A stretch of 64,000 bases of DNA, from contig CALHLT010000015.1 in NCBI GenBank assembly GCA_938034555.1, forward strand, positions 4,786-68,785. The letters are read 5' to 3'. The notes beneath the pieces are model-generated. The model searched no databases, was not told the DNA's origin, and was given only the letters and a program-made list of their open reading frames with translations. Shown piece by piece: positions 38,082 to 48,927 of this stretch. This stretch comes from an uncultured Bacillota bacterium. Lineage in GTDB: Bacteria > Bacillota > Clostridia > Christensenellales > UBA1242. A program made the position numbers and the translations under genes. The first letter of the stretch is position 1, and each line of letters opens with the position of its first letter.

Positions 38082-39908
38082 ATGAGTAAAATTATTGGGA
38101 TTGATTTAGGAACAACGAACTCTTGCGTTGCAGTTATGGAAGGCGGACAACCAACCGTTATTCCAAATGCAGAAGGAGGAAGAACAACACCATCGGTTGT
38201 TGCAATTAATAAAGACGGCGAAAGACTTGTTGGACAAGTTGCAAAACGTCAAGCAGTTGCAAACCATGAAAACACTGTTGTTTCAATTAAAAGAGAAATG
38301 GGAACAGACCATAAAGTTACATTGGGAGGAAAGCAATATACTGCGCCAGAAATTTCGGCAATGATTTTGGCAAAACTTAAACAAGACGCAGAAAGTTACC
38401 TTGGCGAAAAAGTTACACAAGCAGTTATAACTGTTCCTGCATACTTTAACGATAGCCAACGTCAAGCAACGAAAGATGCTGGTAAAATTGCTGGGCTTGA
38501 AGTTTTAAGAATTATCAACGAACCAACCGCAGCATCGCTTGCATATGGTCTTGACAAGGGCGAAAACAAGAACCAAAAAATCTTAGTTTACGATCTTGGC
38601 GGCGGAACATTCGATGTTTCAATTCTTGAAATTGGTGATGGCGTTTTTGAAGTTCTTTCAACAAACGGCGACACTCGTCTTGGCGGCGATGACTTTGATA
38701 ACAGAATTATCAATCTTCTTGTTGATGAATTCAAAACTAAGGAAGGAATTGACCTTTCAAAAGACAAACTTGCAATGCAAAGACTTAAAGAAGCAGCTGA
38801 AAAAGCAAAAATTGACCTTTCTGCTTCAACAAAAACAACAATCAGCCTTCCATTCATAACCGCTGATGCAACAGGCCCTAAACACCTTGAATATGATTTA
38901 ACACGTGCTAAATTCGATAGCATAACTTCCGACCTTGTTGATAAAACAATTGTTTGCACGAAGAAAGCCATGGCAGATGCTAAACTTTCATATTCCGACA
39001 TTGATAAGGTTATTTTAGTTGGTGGTTCAACAAGAATTCCAGCAGTTTTTGAAGCTGTTAAAGAACAAACAGGAAAAGAACCATACAAAGGAATTAACCC
39101 AGATGAATGCGTTGCAATTGGTGCAGCAATTCAAGCCGGAGTTTTAGGGGGAGATGTTAAAGATGTTCTTCTTCTTGATGTAACCCCACTTTCACTTGGA
39201 ATTGAAACCCTTGGCGGTGTTTTCACAAAACTTATTAACAGAAACACAACAATTCCAACAAGAAAATCTCAAATTTTCTCAACCGCAACCGATAATCAAC
39301 CAGGCGTTGACATTCATGTTTTGCAAGGGGAAAGAGAATTTGCAGCTCAAAATAAATCACTTGGAAGATTCCAACTTACCGATATTCCACCAGCACCACG
39401 TGGCGTTCCACAAATTGAAGTTACTTTCGATATTGATGCTAACGGAATTGTTAATGTTTCGGCAAAAGACCTTGGAACAAACAAGGAACAAAAAATTACA
39501 ATAACTGCTTCTTCAAACCTTTCGGAAGAAGAAATTAACAAAGCAATTAAAGAAGCAGAAGCACACGCCGAAGAAGATAAAAAACACAAAGAGTTTGTTG
39601 ACACTAAAAACCAAGCAGACCAAATGATTTATCAACTTGAAAAGATGCTTAAAGAAAGCGGCGACAAACTTGCAGAAGAAGATAAACAAAAACTTCAAGC
39701 TGCAATTGAAAAAGGCAAAAAAGATTTTGAAACAACCGACCTTGAAGAACTTAAAAAGGGTCTTGAAGAGTTAACAAAAGTTTCAAATGAAGTTTTCACA
39801 AAGATGTATCAAAACGCAAGCAACGCTCAAAACACAAATCCTAACGGAAATAATGATAACAACGGCTCGAACGGAAGCGACGGCGAAGAAGAAGTTATCA
39901 TCGACTAA
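38082..39908 (+). CDS. dnaK: chaperone DnaK (Hsp70)
   Basis: [36 protein letters not shown]. Confidence 0.97.
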   Translation: MSKIIGIDLGTTNSCVAVMEGGQPTVIPNAEGGRTTPSVVAINKDGERLVGQVAKRQAVANHENTVVSIKREMGTDHKVTLGGKQYTAPEISAMILAKLKQDAESYLGEKVTQAVITVPAYFNDSQRQATKDAGKIAGLEVLRIINEPTAASLAYGLDKGENKNQKILVYDLGGGTFDVSILEIGDGVFEVLSTNGDTRLGGDDFDNRIINLLVDEFKTKEGIDLSKDKLAMQRLKEAAEKAKIDLSASTKTTISLPFITADATGPKHLEYDLTRAKFDSITSDLVDKTIVCTKKAMADAKLSYSDIDKVILVGGSTRIPAVFEAVKEQTGKEPYKGINPDECVAIGAAIQAGVLGGDVKDVLLLDVTPLSLGIETLGGVFTKLINRNTTIPTRKSQIFSTATDNQPGVDIHVLQGEREFAAQNKSLGRFQLTDIPPAPRGVPQIEVTFDIDANGIVNVSAKDLGTNKEQKITITASSNLSEEEINKAIKEAEAHAEEDKKHKEFVDTKNQADQMIYQLEKMLKESGDKLAEEDKQKLQAAIEKGKKDFETTDLEELKKGLEELTKVSNEVFTKMYQNASNAQNTNPNGNNDNNGSNGSDGEEEVIID

Positions 39909-39921
39909 GCATAAGGATAAT

Positions 39922-40410
39922 ATGAAAGATTTAATTGTTGTTGATATGCAAAAGGGGTTTATTAACGAAAAAAACGAGTTTTTAGTTGAAAAAATTAACT
40001 CTCTTTTGAAAAATAACCGATTTAATTGTGTTTATTACACTCGTTTTCGAAACCACAGCGAATGTCCGTTTAAAACACTCTTAAACTATGACGAAATGAT
40101 GGAGAAAGATGCGCAAGAAATTATTGTTTCAAGAAAAAACAATTCTTGCGTTCTCCATAAAAGTTCCTATGGTTTAGACCCAAACGACATTGAACTTCTT
40201 AAAGCAAAAGATGTTAAAGAAATTTATCTTTGCGGAACAGATGTTGATGCGTGCATTTTGGCAATTGCATTCCAACTTTTCGACAGCGGAATTAAACCAA
40301 TTCTTGTTTGGGATGCAGTTGGGAGCAGTTCGAAAACCGATTTTAAAGAAAGTTTGAAACCTCTTTTTCAAAGAAACTTTGGAAACGACAGCATAATTGA
40401 ACATATTTAG
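39922..40410 (+). CDS. isochorismatase/cysteine-hydrolase-family protein (162 aa)
   Basis: [10 protein letters not shown] and [21 protein letters not shown] match the family. SD AAGGA precedes ATG 39922. The listed ORF start 39787 overlaps the dnaK 3' end. Confidence 0.8.
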   Translation: MKDLIVVDMQKGFINEKNEFLVEKINSLLKNNRFNCVYYTRFRNHSECPFKTLLNYDEMMEKDAQEIIVSRKNNSCVLHKSSYGLDPNDIELLKAKDVKEIYLCGTDVDACILAIAFQLFDSGIKPILVWDAVGSSSKTDFKESLKPLFQRNFGNDSIIEHI

Positions 40411-40417
40411 GAGATTT

Positions 40418-41551
40418 ATGGCAAACAAAGATTACTATGAAACTTTGGGTGTTAAGAAAGACGCAAGCGCCGACGAAATTAAGTCGGCGTATCGTCGTCT
40501 TGCAAAGAAATACCACCCAGATTTGAATAAAGACAATAAAGATGCCGCAGAAAAGTTTAAAGATGTTAACGAGGCGTATGAAGTCCTTGGCGACGAGAAA
40601 AAGCGCGCGAACTACGACCAATTTGGAAACGCGGAGGGACAACCAAACTTTGGCGACTATTTCAGCAGCGGGAATGGCGCAAACTTTTCTGGGAACTTTT
40701 CGGAAGGATTTGGAGGATTTGGCGATTTCTTTGGCGATCTTTTTGGAGCATTTGGCGGGGGCAGGGGAAGAACTGTTGAACGCGGGGAAGACATTGAACT
40801 TCAAATGACATTGTCTTTTGAAGAGGCGGCCTTTGGAGTTAAAAAAGAAATTAACATTCCAAAAGTTGAAAAATGTTCGTCTTGCAGCGGGACGGGCGCA
40901 AAAAATGGAAAAGAGTTTTCAACTTGCCAAACTTGCCGCGGAACAGGGCGTGTTCGCTATTCCCAACAAACAATTTTTGGAACAACAATTCAAGAAGGAC
41001 CTTGCAAGGACTGCAACGGAACAGGAAAACTTGTTAAAGAGAAATGCACCGATTGCGGCGGAAAAGGTTATAAAAAGATTACTAAAACTGTTAAAATCAA
41101 TGTTCCAGCCGGAATTGATAACGGTCAAACAATAACTTTAAGAGGCGAGGGCAATGCGCCAGTTCGCGATGGAGTTCCTGGCGATCTTCGAATTCACATT
41201 CGTGTTTCGCCACATAAAGTTCTTGTTAGAAACGGAAACGACTTGCTTTTGGAACTTTATGTTCCATTCACAACCGCGCTTCTTGGCGGAAAAGTTACAA
41301 TTCCAACCCTTAAAGGAACCTATGACCTTGAAATTAAAGAGTTAACACAAAGCGGAACAATAATGCGACTTAAAGGAAAGGGCGTTAAAATCTTGAACCG
41401 CGAAGCCTATGGCGATTTGATTGTTACGGTTAAAACCGAAGCACCAAAATCAATCGACCGCAAAACAAAAGAACTCTTAAAACAAGTTTCAGAGCAAATT
41501 CCTCAAAGCAGCTACTCAAAATATGAAAACTATCTTAAAAAAATTCGCTAA
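40418..41551 (+). CDS. dnaJ: co-chaperone DnaJ
   Basis: J-domain [15 protein letters not shown] region, and four CxxCxGxG repeats. SD AGGAG precedes ATG 40418. Confidence 0.95.
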   Translation: MANKDYYETLGVKKDASADEIKSAYRRLAKKYHPDLNKDNKDAAEKFKDVNEAYEVLGDEKKRANYDQFGNAEGQPNFGDYFSSGNGANFSGNFSEGFGGFGDFFGDLFGAFGGGRGRTVERGEDIELQMTLSFEEAAFGVKKEINIPKVEKCSSCSGTGAKNGKEFSTCQTCRGTGRVRYSQQTIFGTTIQEGPCKDCNGTGKLVKEKCTDCGGKGYKKITKTVKINVPAGIDNGQTITLRGEGNAPVRDGVPGDLRIHIRVSPHKVLVRNGNDLLLELYVPFTTALLGGKVTIPTLKGTYDLEIKELTQSGTIMRLKGKGVKILNREAYGDLIVTVKTEAPKSIDRKTKELLKQVSEQIPQSSYSKYENYLKKIR

Positions 41552-41571
41552 CCCCCTTAGCGAATTTTTTT
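41542..41571 (+). terminator. dnaJ terminator
   Basis: AATTCGCTAA-ccccc-TTAGCGAATT followed by T-run. The stem includes the stop codon. Confidence 0.8.
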
Positions 41572-41662
41572 ATGCTTAAAACTAATTCAAACTAACAACC
41601 ATATTTAAGTCAACAAAATTTTAAATCGCTCGCGTAAAATTAAATCGCCAAAACATGCCAAT

Positions 41663-41711
41663 AAACCCAATAAAAAACAACCACATAACGTGGTTGTTTT
41701 TTATTGGGTTT
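41663..41711. terminator. 22-bp perfect palindrome, likely the bidirectional terminator of the LRR gene
   Basis: AAACCCAATAAAAAACAACCAC-ataac-GTGGTTGTTTTTTATTGGGTTT. Confidence 0.65.
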
Positions 41712-41724
41712 GTTATCAGAAATT

Positions 41725-44700
41725 TTATTTCTTTCCGCCTGAGCGAGTAATTGTCAAATTACCATGGATTGTTACTTTAACTTCCATATATGCTTTCATG
41801 GAGACTGTTGATTTACACAAAAGACGTCCAGATTTGTTTGTTGTGTCGCAGGTTGCTGAATCAACATCTCCCCACTTGTTCCACGAATCAATTGTTGCGT
41901 TGCCAGAAATTGACCAGTTGATGTATGCCGAGTTAAATGCATATCCCCAACAGTGCATCGAAATTGTAAATTGAGTCCCTGCTTCAAGGCGTATTGTTCC
42001 GCTTTCAGCTCCGTTAACATTAAATGAACCATTGCTTCCGCTGGAACCAGTAATTGTAATCGTATACATAGTCTTTTTCAATTGCAAGGTGCAACTTGTA
42101 TATGACGACGTTATGCTTGTTATTTTTGTGTTTCTGTTAGTATCTGTAGATTTATACCAAGAATAATCAGTCTTTGATGGTAAAGCAATAGAAGTTCCAC
42201 TCTTTATAGATTTTGGAGTGTAAATCGTTGTTAAGCTTGTACAAGCGTATATCATATATGATGTGCTTGTAACACTTGACATATTAAAGTTTGAGATACT
42301 AAGTGAAGTTAATGCTGAACATTTGTAAAACATATAAGCCATATCTATAACATTATTAGTAACAAAGCTTGAAAGATTAATGAATGTAATCTTTACACAT
42401 TCAGAAAACATACTTGACATGTTTGTAACTTTACTTGTTACAAAATTGGAAAGATCAATTGAAGTTAATAGAGAGCATTCGGCGAACATACCCCCCATTT
42501 CTAAAACATTTGATGTATTAAAGCTTGATAAAGAAATTGAAGTAAAGTAATTATTTTCAGCAAACATATAATTCATACTAGTTACATTGCTAGTATCAAA
42601 ATTATCAAAGTTTATGCTAGTTAAATGCAAATGACATCCACTTCGGCTTATGTCTACTGTGTCATCATCGCTTGCAGCTATTGCATCGTAGTTTCTGCGG
42701 AATAAATTACTAGAATTTATAGGTGCATAGATAGTTACAGGGCTATAGAAGATGGCGTCATAATTACTTGAATCTCTTGAATTTGCCCTTAAATAAACAA
42801 TTATATCTGTTACTCCATAAGTGGAAGACGTATAATTAATTGTGCCAGCAGGGTTTGATGCTCCCACAGAAAGTGTTTTATAGCCTGATCCTGTTGGTCG
42901 AGTTTTTGTGAATTTGATTGTTGCTAAAGTATATGAATCAGATATCACATCTTTCCAATCTCTTCTTAAATACGACTTATTTAAAGTCCAACTTGCAGTG
43001 AAAGTAAAGTTTTTAGCATAGATGAAAACTTCATCTTGATCCCCTTCTGCGCTGTAGGTTCCATCTTTTTCAAAGGAAACATGCATGCCAGAATCTTCGG
43101 TGTACCAATCAAACGAATAACCAGTTCGTGTTGGGCAAGTTATTTTTTGATTTGAAAGTTCAGTTGTGCAAGTTGCGTTTGTATAGAACTTATTTCCATT
43201 AACTCTAAACCAAAGTTCACTCGTTCCTCCTGAGCCACCATTTTTGTTAAATGTTATTTTATAAATATTTCCATCTAATACTAAAGTGGTATTTATACAA
43301 GAAGAAGTAATTTGAGTGTAAGTGCTTGTTGTTCCTTGTTTAAACCAACCGTAGTTCGTTGGAGCGGTTGGTAAATCAACCGCCGTGCTGCCAATTGCTT
43401 TTGGAGTTTGAATTGTAGTTAATGCAGTGCAGTCGTTAAGCATATCTGTTGTATTTGTAACATTACTCATATTAAAAGAGGAAATATTGAGAGTGGTTAA
43501 TTTATAGTTATATGCAAACATTAGTTGCATATTTGTAACTTTACTGGTGTCAAAACTTGAAACATCAAGTGAAGTTAAAACTAAATTGCCTTGAAACATA
43601 TTATCCATGTTTGTTACATTACTTGTATTGAAATTAGTAAGCGTTAAACTGGTTAATTTTTCACAGACGGCAAACATATACTCCATAGTTGTAACCTTGC
43701 TTGTGTCAAAACTTGAAACATCAAGTGAGGTCAATTTTGCACATGATGCAAACATGAGTGCCATATTTGTAACCTTGCTTGTGTTAAAGTTTGAAACATT
43801 AAGAGAAGTTAAACTTCTACATGAAGCAAACATTCTTGACATATTTGTAACTTTGCTTGTGTCAAAGCCCAAAACATCTAGGGTTGTTAATTGTGTGCAA
43901 TATTCAAACATATTTAACATATCAGTTGTGTTGCTAGTGTTAAAATTCCCAAAAGAAATTGATGTAAGACTAGTTAAATTATAAAATAAACCATTTGAAT
44001 TAGTTGGTGAGTAAATTGTTACGGGACTATAGAAAACAACATCATATGTTGAAGTGTTTGAAGAGTTTGCTTTAACATATGCTTTAACATCAAAAACTCC
44101 ACAGTTATCATACCAATACATATCCTCACTGTTTGATTGAGAACCAACTGAAACAATTGTATAGCCAGAACCTGATGGGACTGTATTTGTAAAAGTAATT
44201 GTTTTAATCTTACTTTGCGTGTAATTTGAATTTTTAGATTGTAAAACCGTTTGCCAATCAGATCGTAAATAGGATTCATTCAAAGTCCAATGTGCGTAAA
44301 TTGTGTGGTTGGATACAGTTGAAACAATTGTTGTTTCAGTAACTTGCGTTCCGTCTGATGCTGCAGTCCACCAACCATTAAATGTGTAGCCAGTTCTTGT
44401 TGGGGTAGGAAGCGTTCCGTAAGCGGCATTGTATGTCACTTTCTTTGTTGCGGTTTTGCTTCCGCTTGCGATTGTCCAACCAGAAGTTGTTGGAATTGTT
44501 CCGCCGTTCGCATTTGCGGTTACGGTGTATCTATTAGCTGTCCAATGCGCGTAGATAGTGTGGTTGGATGCGGTTTTAACTGTTGTTGAGGACTCAACTT
44601 TTGACCCGCCAGTTTGAGCAGAGAACCAACCCGCAAATGTGTAACCGTTTCTTGTTGGAGTTGGGAGAGTTCCATAGGTTGAATCGTAGGTTACTTGTTT

Positions 44701-46134
44701 AGTTGCGGTTGCGCCGCCGCTTGCAACTGTCCAACCGCTTGTTGTTGGGATTGTTCCGCCATTTGCGTTTGCAGTTACGGTAAACTTATTTCCTTGCAAA
44801 ACTAAGGTTTTGCTAAGGCAAGCCGAGGTTATTTGAGTGTATGCGTTATTTGGGTTCGCTTGGTCGAACCAAGAATAATTGGTTTTTGTTGGCAAAGCAA
44901 CCGCCGTGCTTCCAATTGCTTTTGGAGTTTTAATTTCGGTTAAAGAGGAACAGCCAGAAAGCATCCAATCCGTTTTTGTAACTTTTGACATATCAAAAGA
45001 CGACAGATTAAGCGAAGTTAAGGAAGAGCAGTCAGAGAACATATACCTCATATCTGCAACATTGCTTGTGTTGAAGTTTGAAAGATTAAGCGAGGTTAAG
45101 GAAGAGCAGCTGGAGAACATATGATACATATTTGTAACCTTGCTTGTGTTGAAGCTGGAAATATTAAGAGAAGTTAAAGCCTTGCAATCGAGGAACATCT
45201 GAGACATAGATGTAACATTGGTTGTGTCAAAATTTGAAAGGTCGAGCGAGATTAAAGAAGAACAGCTCCAGAACATACCATGCATATATGTAACATTGCT
45301 TGTGTCAAAGTTAGAAAGGTGAAGCGAGGTTAAGGAAGAGCAGTAATAGAACATCTGCATCATACCTGTAACTTTGCCTGTGTTGAAGTTTGAAAGATTA
45401 AGCGAGGTTAAAGAAGAGCAGCCTTCGAACATACTATACATATTTGTAACATTGCTTGTGTCGAAGTTTCCAAAAGAGATTGAAGTTAAATTTGTAAGGA
45501 GATTTGCAGTTGTTGAATTACTAAACAAATAACTTGAATCTTTTGGTGCGTAAATTGTGTATGGAGAATAGAACGAAATTTTGTATTTTCCGGTTGAAAG
45601 GGCGGTGTAGTAGGCTTTAACATCAAAGATCCCGCAATCTTCTGCCCAAACTTTTGCGGCGGTTTCATCGGTTACGCCAACAGAGCCAATTAGGGTTGCG
45701 CCGCTTGGAACTGACGAAACAAATTCAATTTGTTCAATGTTTGCTTGCGAGCCAACGGGAGAGGCATTAACAATTGCTTGCCATTTTGGACCCATTGTTA
45801 AATATGCTTCGTTCTTAATCCAGTTTGCGGTTACGCGGCGATTGGAAGTAATATTTGTGTAGTCTGTCCAGCCGTTAAAGCTGTAGCCTGTTCGTGTTGG
45901 GTTGTTGGCTGGCGCAACTGCGTCGTGGCCATATGCAACTTGCTGAGTTTCGAAAACTTTGTCGTCGTAGTTTAAGAATTCAACGGTAAAGTATGGAACG
46001 GTGTATTTAATTGAGCCTCCCATATCAATCTGTTCTTTTTGTCCAGCGAAAACGCCAACAACAGCCCCTGTTGTTGCAAGAATTGTTATTGCAAATGCAA
46101 TAAAGAACTTACTCCAAAAACTCATTAACTTCAT
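41725..46134 (-). CDS. giant BspA-type leucine-rich-repeat surface protein with Listeria-Bacteroides (Flg_new-like) repeats (1469 aa)
   Basis: N-terminal signal/anchor. Three blocks of about 22-24-aa repeats ([27 protein letters not shown]). Tandem units read [17 protein letters not shown]...GYTFxGW. Confidence 0.85.
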   Translation of the reverse strand: MKLMSFWSKFFIAFAITILATTGAVVGVFAGQKEQIDMGGSIKYTVPYFTVEFLNYDDKVFETQQVAYGHDAVAPANNPTRTGYSFNGWTDYTNITSNRRVTANWIKNEAYLTMGPKWQAIVNASPVGSQANIEQIEFVSSVPSGATLIGSVGVTDETAAKVWAEDCGIFDVKAYYTALSTGKYKISFYSPYTIYAPKDSSYLFSNSTTANLLTNLTSISFGNFDTSNVTNMYSMFEGCSSLTSLNLSNFNTGKVTGMMQMFYYCSSLTSLHLSNFDTSNVTYMHGMFWSCSSLISLDLSNFDTTNVTSMSQMFLDCKALTSLNISSFNTSKVTNMYHMFSSCSSLTSLNLSNFNTSNVADMRYMFSDCSSLTSLNLSSFDMSKVTKTDWMLSGCSSLTEIKTPKAIGSTAVALPTKTNYSWFDQANPNNAYTQITSACLSKTLVLQGNKFTVTANANGGTIPTTSGWTVASGGATATKQVTYDSTYGTLPTPTRNGYTFAGWFSAQTGGSKVESSTTVKTASNHTIYAHWTANRYTVTANANGGTIPTTSGWTIASGSKTATKKVTYNAAYGTLPTPTRTGYTFNGWWTAASDGTQVTETTIVSTVSNHTIYAHWTLNESYLRSDWQTVLQSKNSNYTQSKIKTITFTNTVPSGSGYTIVSVGSQSNSEDMYWYDNCGVFDVKAYVKANSSNTSTYDVVFYSPVTIYSPTNSNGLFYNLTSLTSISFGNFNTSNTTDMLNMFEYCTQLTTLDVLGFDTSKVTNMSRMFASCRSLTSLNVSNFNTSKVTNMALMFASCAKLTSLDVSSFDTSKVTTMEYMFAVCEKLTSLTLTNFNTSNVTNMDNMFQGNLVLTSLDVSSFDTSKVTNMQLMFAYNYKLTTLNISSFNMSNVTNTTDMLNDCTALTTIQTPKAIGSTAVDLPTAPTNYGWFKQGTTSTYTQITSSCINTTLVLDGNIYKITFNKNGGSGGTSELWFRVNGNKFYTNATCTTELSNQKITCPTRTGYSFDWYTEDSGMHVSFEKDGTYSAEGDQDEVFIYAKNFTFTASWTLNKSYLRRDWKDVISDSYTLATIKFTKTRPTGSGYKTLSVGASNPAGTINYTSSTYGVTDIIVYLRANSRDSSNYDAIFYSPVTIYAPINSSNLFRRNYDAIAASDDDTVDISRSGCHLHLTSINFDNFDTSNVTSMNYMFAENNYFTSISLSSFNTSNVLEMGGMFAECSLLTSIDLSNFVTSKVTNMSSMFSECVKITFINLSSFVTNNVIDMAYMFYKCSALTSLSISNFNMSSVTSTSYMIYACTSLTTIYTPKSIKSGTSIALPSKTDYSWYKSTDTNRNTKITSITSSYTSCTLQLKKTMYTITITGSSGSNGSFNVNGAESGTIRLEAGTQFTISMHCWGYAFNSAYINWSISGNATIDSWNKWGDVDSATCDTTNKSGRLLCKSTVSMKAYMEVKVTIHGNLTITRSGGKK

Positions 46135-46150
46135 AACTTTTCTCCTTAGG

Positions 46151-46291
46151 TTAACAAAAAAGAGAAACCGCTGTGCTCTTGCACAATAGTTTCTCTAAAG
46201 TATATGTATTAAATTCATGCGCGAAAAAAGATGGCTTACAAGAAGAGCGACAGTTACTTTCTCTTTCATTTTTATCTTGCGCCTTGCACAT
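46151..46291 (-). CDS. candidate small ORF (46 aa, 5 Cys) in the 5' region of the LRR gene
   Basis: AAGGAG, 5 nt, then ATG. Product is [46 protein letters not shown]. Its stop lies 4 nt before the SD of the LRR gene. Too short for the ORF track. Confidence 0.35.
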   Translation of the reverse strand: MCKAQDKNERESNCRSSCKPSFFAHEFNTYTLEKLLCKSTAVSLFC

Positions 46292-46536
46292 TTTTTCTCC
46301 TTTGTTTAGTAAAGTTTAATTTAATATTATATATATTTAACACTTTTTTATGTAGAATTGCAAACAATTTTAATAAAAAATTTCAATATGTTTCTTGCAT
46401 GTTTAAAGTTTTAGTCTTTTAGATTAAATTAACGCATTTTGCCGGCAAAAATTTTTTCGGGGGCGAATAAAAAATTGTTAAACTAATTTTGCAAAAGCAG
46501 TTGCGAATTTTGACGGGAATGATGTATCATATAGAT

Positions 46537-47802
46537 ATGAAAGTTGTTATTCACACGCTTGGATGCAAAGTTAATCAATATGAAAGCGATGCAATTGCCC
46601 TTGCCTTGGAGGAGAGGGGAATTGATGTTTCATACGACCTTGAAAAGGCGGACGCATATGTTGTTAACACGTGCGCGGTTACGAATGAGGCAGAGAAAAA
46701 ATCGCGCCAAGTTTTGGCAAAAATTCAAAAATTAAACCCAAAAGCGAAGATATATGTGTGTGGATGTGCAAGTCAGCATAATCCTCAAAATTTTCAAAAA
46801 GGGAAAAATGTTGTTCATATTTCGGGCGTTGCAAACAAACTTAAGCTTGCCGACGCAATTGAAAAAGGAACGGGAGTTGTTGAACTTGATTTACTTCCTG
46901 CGGAATATAACGACACATATGTTTCAAAACCTTCAAAAACGCGCGCATACATTAAAATTCAAGATGGATGCAACAATTTTTGTTCATATTGCTTAATTCC
47001 ATATTTAAGAGGAAGAAGCAGGTCGAGAAATGTTGTTGAAATTTTAAATGAAGTTGAAAATTTGCAACAATTCGCAAAAGAAATTGTTTTAACCGGGATT
47101 GACATTTCCGATTTTAAAATTGACGGCAAGCCAGCTCTTGGAAAACTTTTGGAAATGCTTTCCGATTATAACGTTCGAATTAGGCTTGGCTCGCTTGAAC
47201 AAGGTGTTGTTAACGACGAACTTTTGGAAGTGATTTCAAAAATGAAAAATCTTTGCCCTCATTTCCATCTTTCTCTTCAAAGCGGAAGCGCATCCGTTCT
47301 TAAAAGAATGAACAGGCACTACACGCCAGAGCAGTTTCTTGCGGTTGTTCAAAAAATTCGAAAATGTTTTGTTAACCCTGCAATAACAACAGATGTTATT
47401 GTTGGATTTCCTGGCGAAACCGAGGAAGAATTTATGGAAACAGTTAATTTTGTTAAAAAAGTTAAATTTTTCCAAATTCATGTTTTCCCATATTCAAAGC
47501 GCGAGGGAACAGTTGCAGCAAGAATGAAAGACTTAAACGGAGATATTAAACGAAAAAGAGTTGAAATTCTTGAAAAAATTAATGAAAAACTGCAAAAAAA
47601 ATACATAAATAAATGCAAAAAAACTCTTCATTCCGTTTTAATTGAGGAAAAAGAAGGTCAATATTATGTTGGTCACGCCGAAAATTACATTAAATGTTAC
47701 ATTAAAGCGGAAAAATTAAATCTAAACACTTTTGTTACCGTTAAACTTAAAAAACCTTATATTGACGGGGCATTAGCAGTTGTTAAAAATATGAAAAAAT
47801 AG
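46537..47802 (+). CDS. mtaB: radical-SAM methylthiotransferase, MtaB-like
   Basis: N-terminal TLGCKVNQYESD, radical-SAM CNNFCSYCLIPYLRG, and a TRAM-like C-terminus. Start trimmed to ATG 46537. Confidence 0.85.
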   Translation: MKVVIHTLGCKVNQYESDAIALALEERGIDVSYDLEKADAYVVNTCAVTNEAEKKSRQVLAKIQKLNPKAKIYVCGCASQHNPQNFQKGKNVVHISGVANKLKLADAIEKGTGVVELDLLPAEYNDTYVSKPSKTRAYIKIQDGCNNFCSYCLIPYLRGRSRSRNVVEILNEVENLQQFAKEIVLTGIDISDFKIDGKPALGKLLEMLSDYNVRIRLGSLEQGVVNDELLEVISKMKNLCPHFHLSLQSGSASVLKRMNRHYTPEQFLAVVQKIRKCFVNPAITTDVIVGFPGETEEEFMETVNFVKKVKFFQIHVFPYSKREGTVAARMKDLNGDIKRKRVEILEKINEKLQKKYINKCKKTLHSVLIEEKEGQYYVGHAENYIKCYIKAEKLNLNTFVTVKLKKPYIDGALAVVKNMKK

Positions 47803-47959
47803 TTAAAAAATATAAAAAATTTAATTTTTTTAATAAAAAACAATAAAAAATCTTAATTATTAAAATAATTTAATTAAAAATAAAATAAATTTTTAATAAA
47901 ATAGCAAAAAAAATAATAAAAATTAAATAAAAAAATAATAAAAAAAGGAGAAAAAATTT

Positions 47960-48295
47960 ATGGATTGCGTATTTTGCAAAATAATTTCGGGGGAAATTCC
48001 TTCAGAAAAAGTTTATGAGGACGAAACTTGCGTTATTTTTAAGGATATTGAACCAATTGCTCCAATTCATCTTCTTATGGTTCCAAAAAAACATTATGCA
48101 AGACTTGAAGAAGCAACAGTTAGCGAGGCAATGGAACTTTCGTTTATGCTTAACAAACTTGCGCAAATGAAAGATGAACTTGGGCTTTCAAAGGGCTATC
48201 GAATTATAATTAACCAAGGCGACGACGCAGGGCAAACTGTTCAACATTTGCATGTTCATATTATTGGCGGAAAGAAACTTTCTTGGGAAGCATAG
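47960..48295 (+). CDS. HIT-family (histidine triad) protein
   Basis: CVFCKII...HLHVHIIGG motif. 111 aa. Confidence 0.9.
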   Translation: MDCVFCKIISGEIPSEKVYEDETCVIFKDIEPIAPIHLLMVPKKHYARLEEATVSEAMELSFMLNKLAQMKDELGLSKGYRIIINQGDDAGQTVQHLHVHIIGGKKLSWEA

Positions 48296-48315
48296 GCGCT
48301 TGGTTGACGGGAAAA

Positions 48316-48693
48316 ATGAAAACAGATTTTAAATTAAATTTATATCCGGAAATTAAAAAATCCTATTCGAAACTTGTTAAATTGCGTAATAAATTGCTTA
48401 GCGTAAGTTTAAAAAACGGGGAAAACGCAACAAAATTAAGGGAAGAAATTAATGCTTTGGAACGGGGCGAAATTAGCGAACTTATTTTTAAAACATTTTG
48501 CAAAAAAGTTAAATTTGTTTTTCACGAAGTTGAAGGCAAAAAAGAATGGGATAAAGTTTTTGGACAAGACTTTGCGAAACTGACAGACGGGCAAAAAGAA
48601 GAGTTGACTGGGCTCATTGATGGGGATTTTATCTATCGTTTGCCACGTGAATTTTACAACGATAATCCATATTTTGAAGGTTATTATGATTAA
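48316..48693 (+). CDS. hypothetical protein (125 aa)
   Basis: ORF with no recognised motif. Start set at ATG 48316; the ORF track TTG 48283 overlaps the HIT gene. Confidence 0.5.
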   Translation: MKTDFKLNLYPEIKKSYSKLVKLRNKLLSVSLKNGENATKLREEINALERGEISELIFKTFCKKVKFVFHEVEGKKEWDKVFGQDFAKLTDGQKEELTGLIDGDFIYRLPREFYNDNPYFEGYYD

Positions 48694-48732
48694 AAACTGC
48701 CAAGATTTATTGGTGGTTTTTATTTTTGCGTA

Positions 48733-48761
48733 TTGACAAACTGGGCTGGGTTTGCAATAAT
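48733..48761 (+). promoter_or_regulatory. sigma-A-type promoter
   Basis: TTGACA-17 nt-AATAAT. Confidence 0.55.
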
Positions 48762-48768
48762 ATATACA

Positions 48769-48927
48769 TAAGTGATGAGGATTGGTTTAAATTATCTAAT
48801 CAAGATATTGGCACAACTTTGATTTAAAACAGCAGCATCACAAATTTGGATTATCTTAAGTTTATTGTCAACAGTTCATTCTGGCTTGGAATAACAACTT
48901 TGATAAGACAAAAAATAAAGGGAAAAT
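48769..48927 (+). promoter_or_regulatory. structured 5' leader (copy B of the leader at 17003..17204)
   Basis: TAAGTGATG, TCACAAATTTGGATTATCTTAAGTT and CAACTTTGATAAG blocks align with copy A at equal spacing. Confidence 0.45.

Noticed and set aside
46231-46422. 63-codon plus-strand ORF upstream of mtaB.
   Set aside because: It has no SD, gives a hydrophobic nonsense-like product, and lies antisense to the LRR gene leader and promoter.
48659-48669. 11-nt reverse-strand match (TGGATTATCGT) to the core of the shared leader, about 100 nt upstream of copy B.
   Set aside because: It lies inside a CDS on the opposite strand, with no flanking similarity to the other leader blocks. It is most likely chance in AT-rich sequence, though an antisense interaction cannot be excluded.
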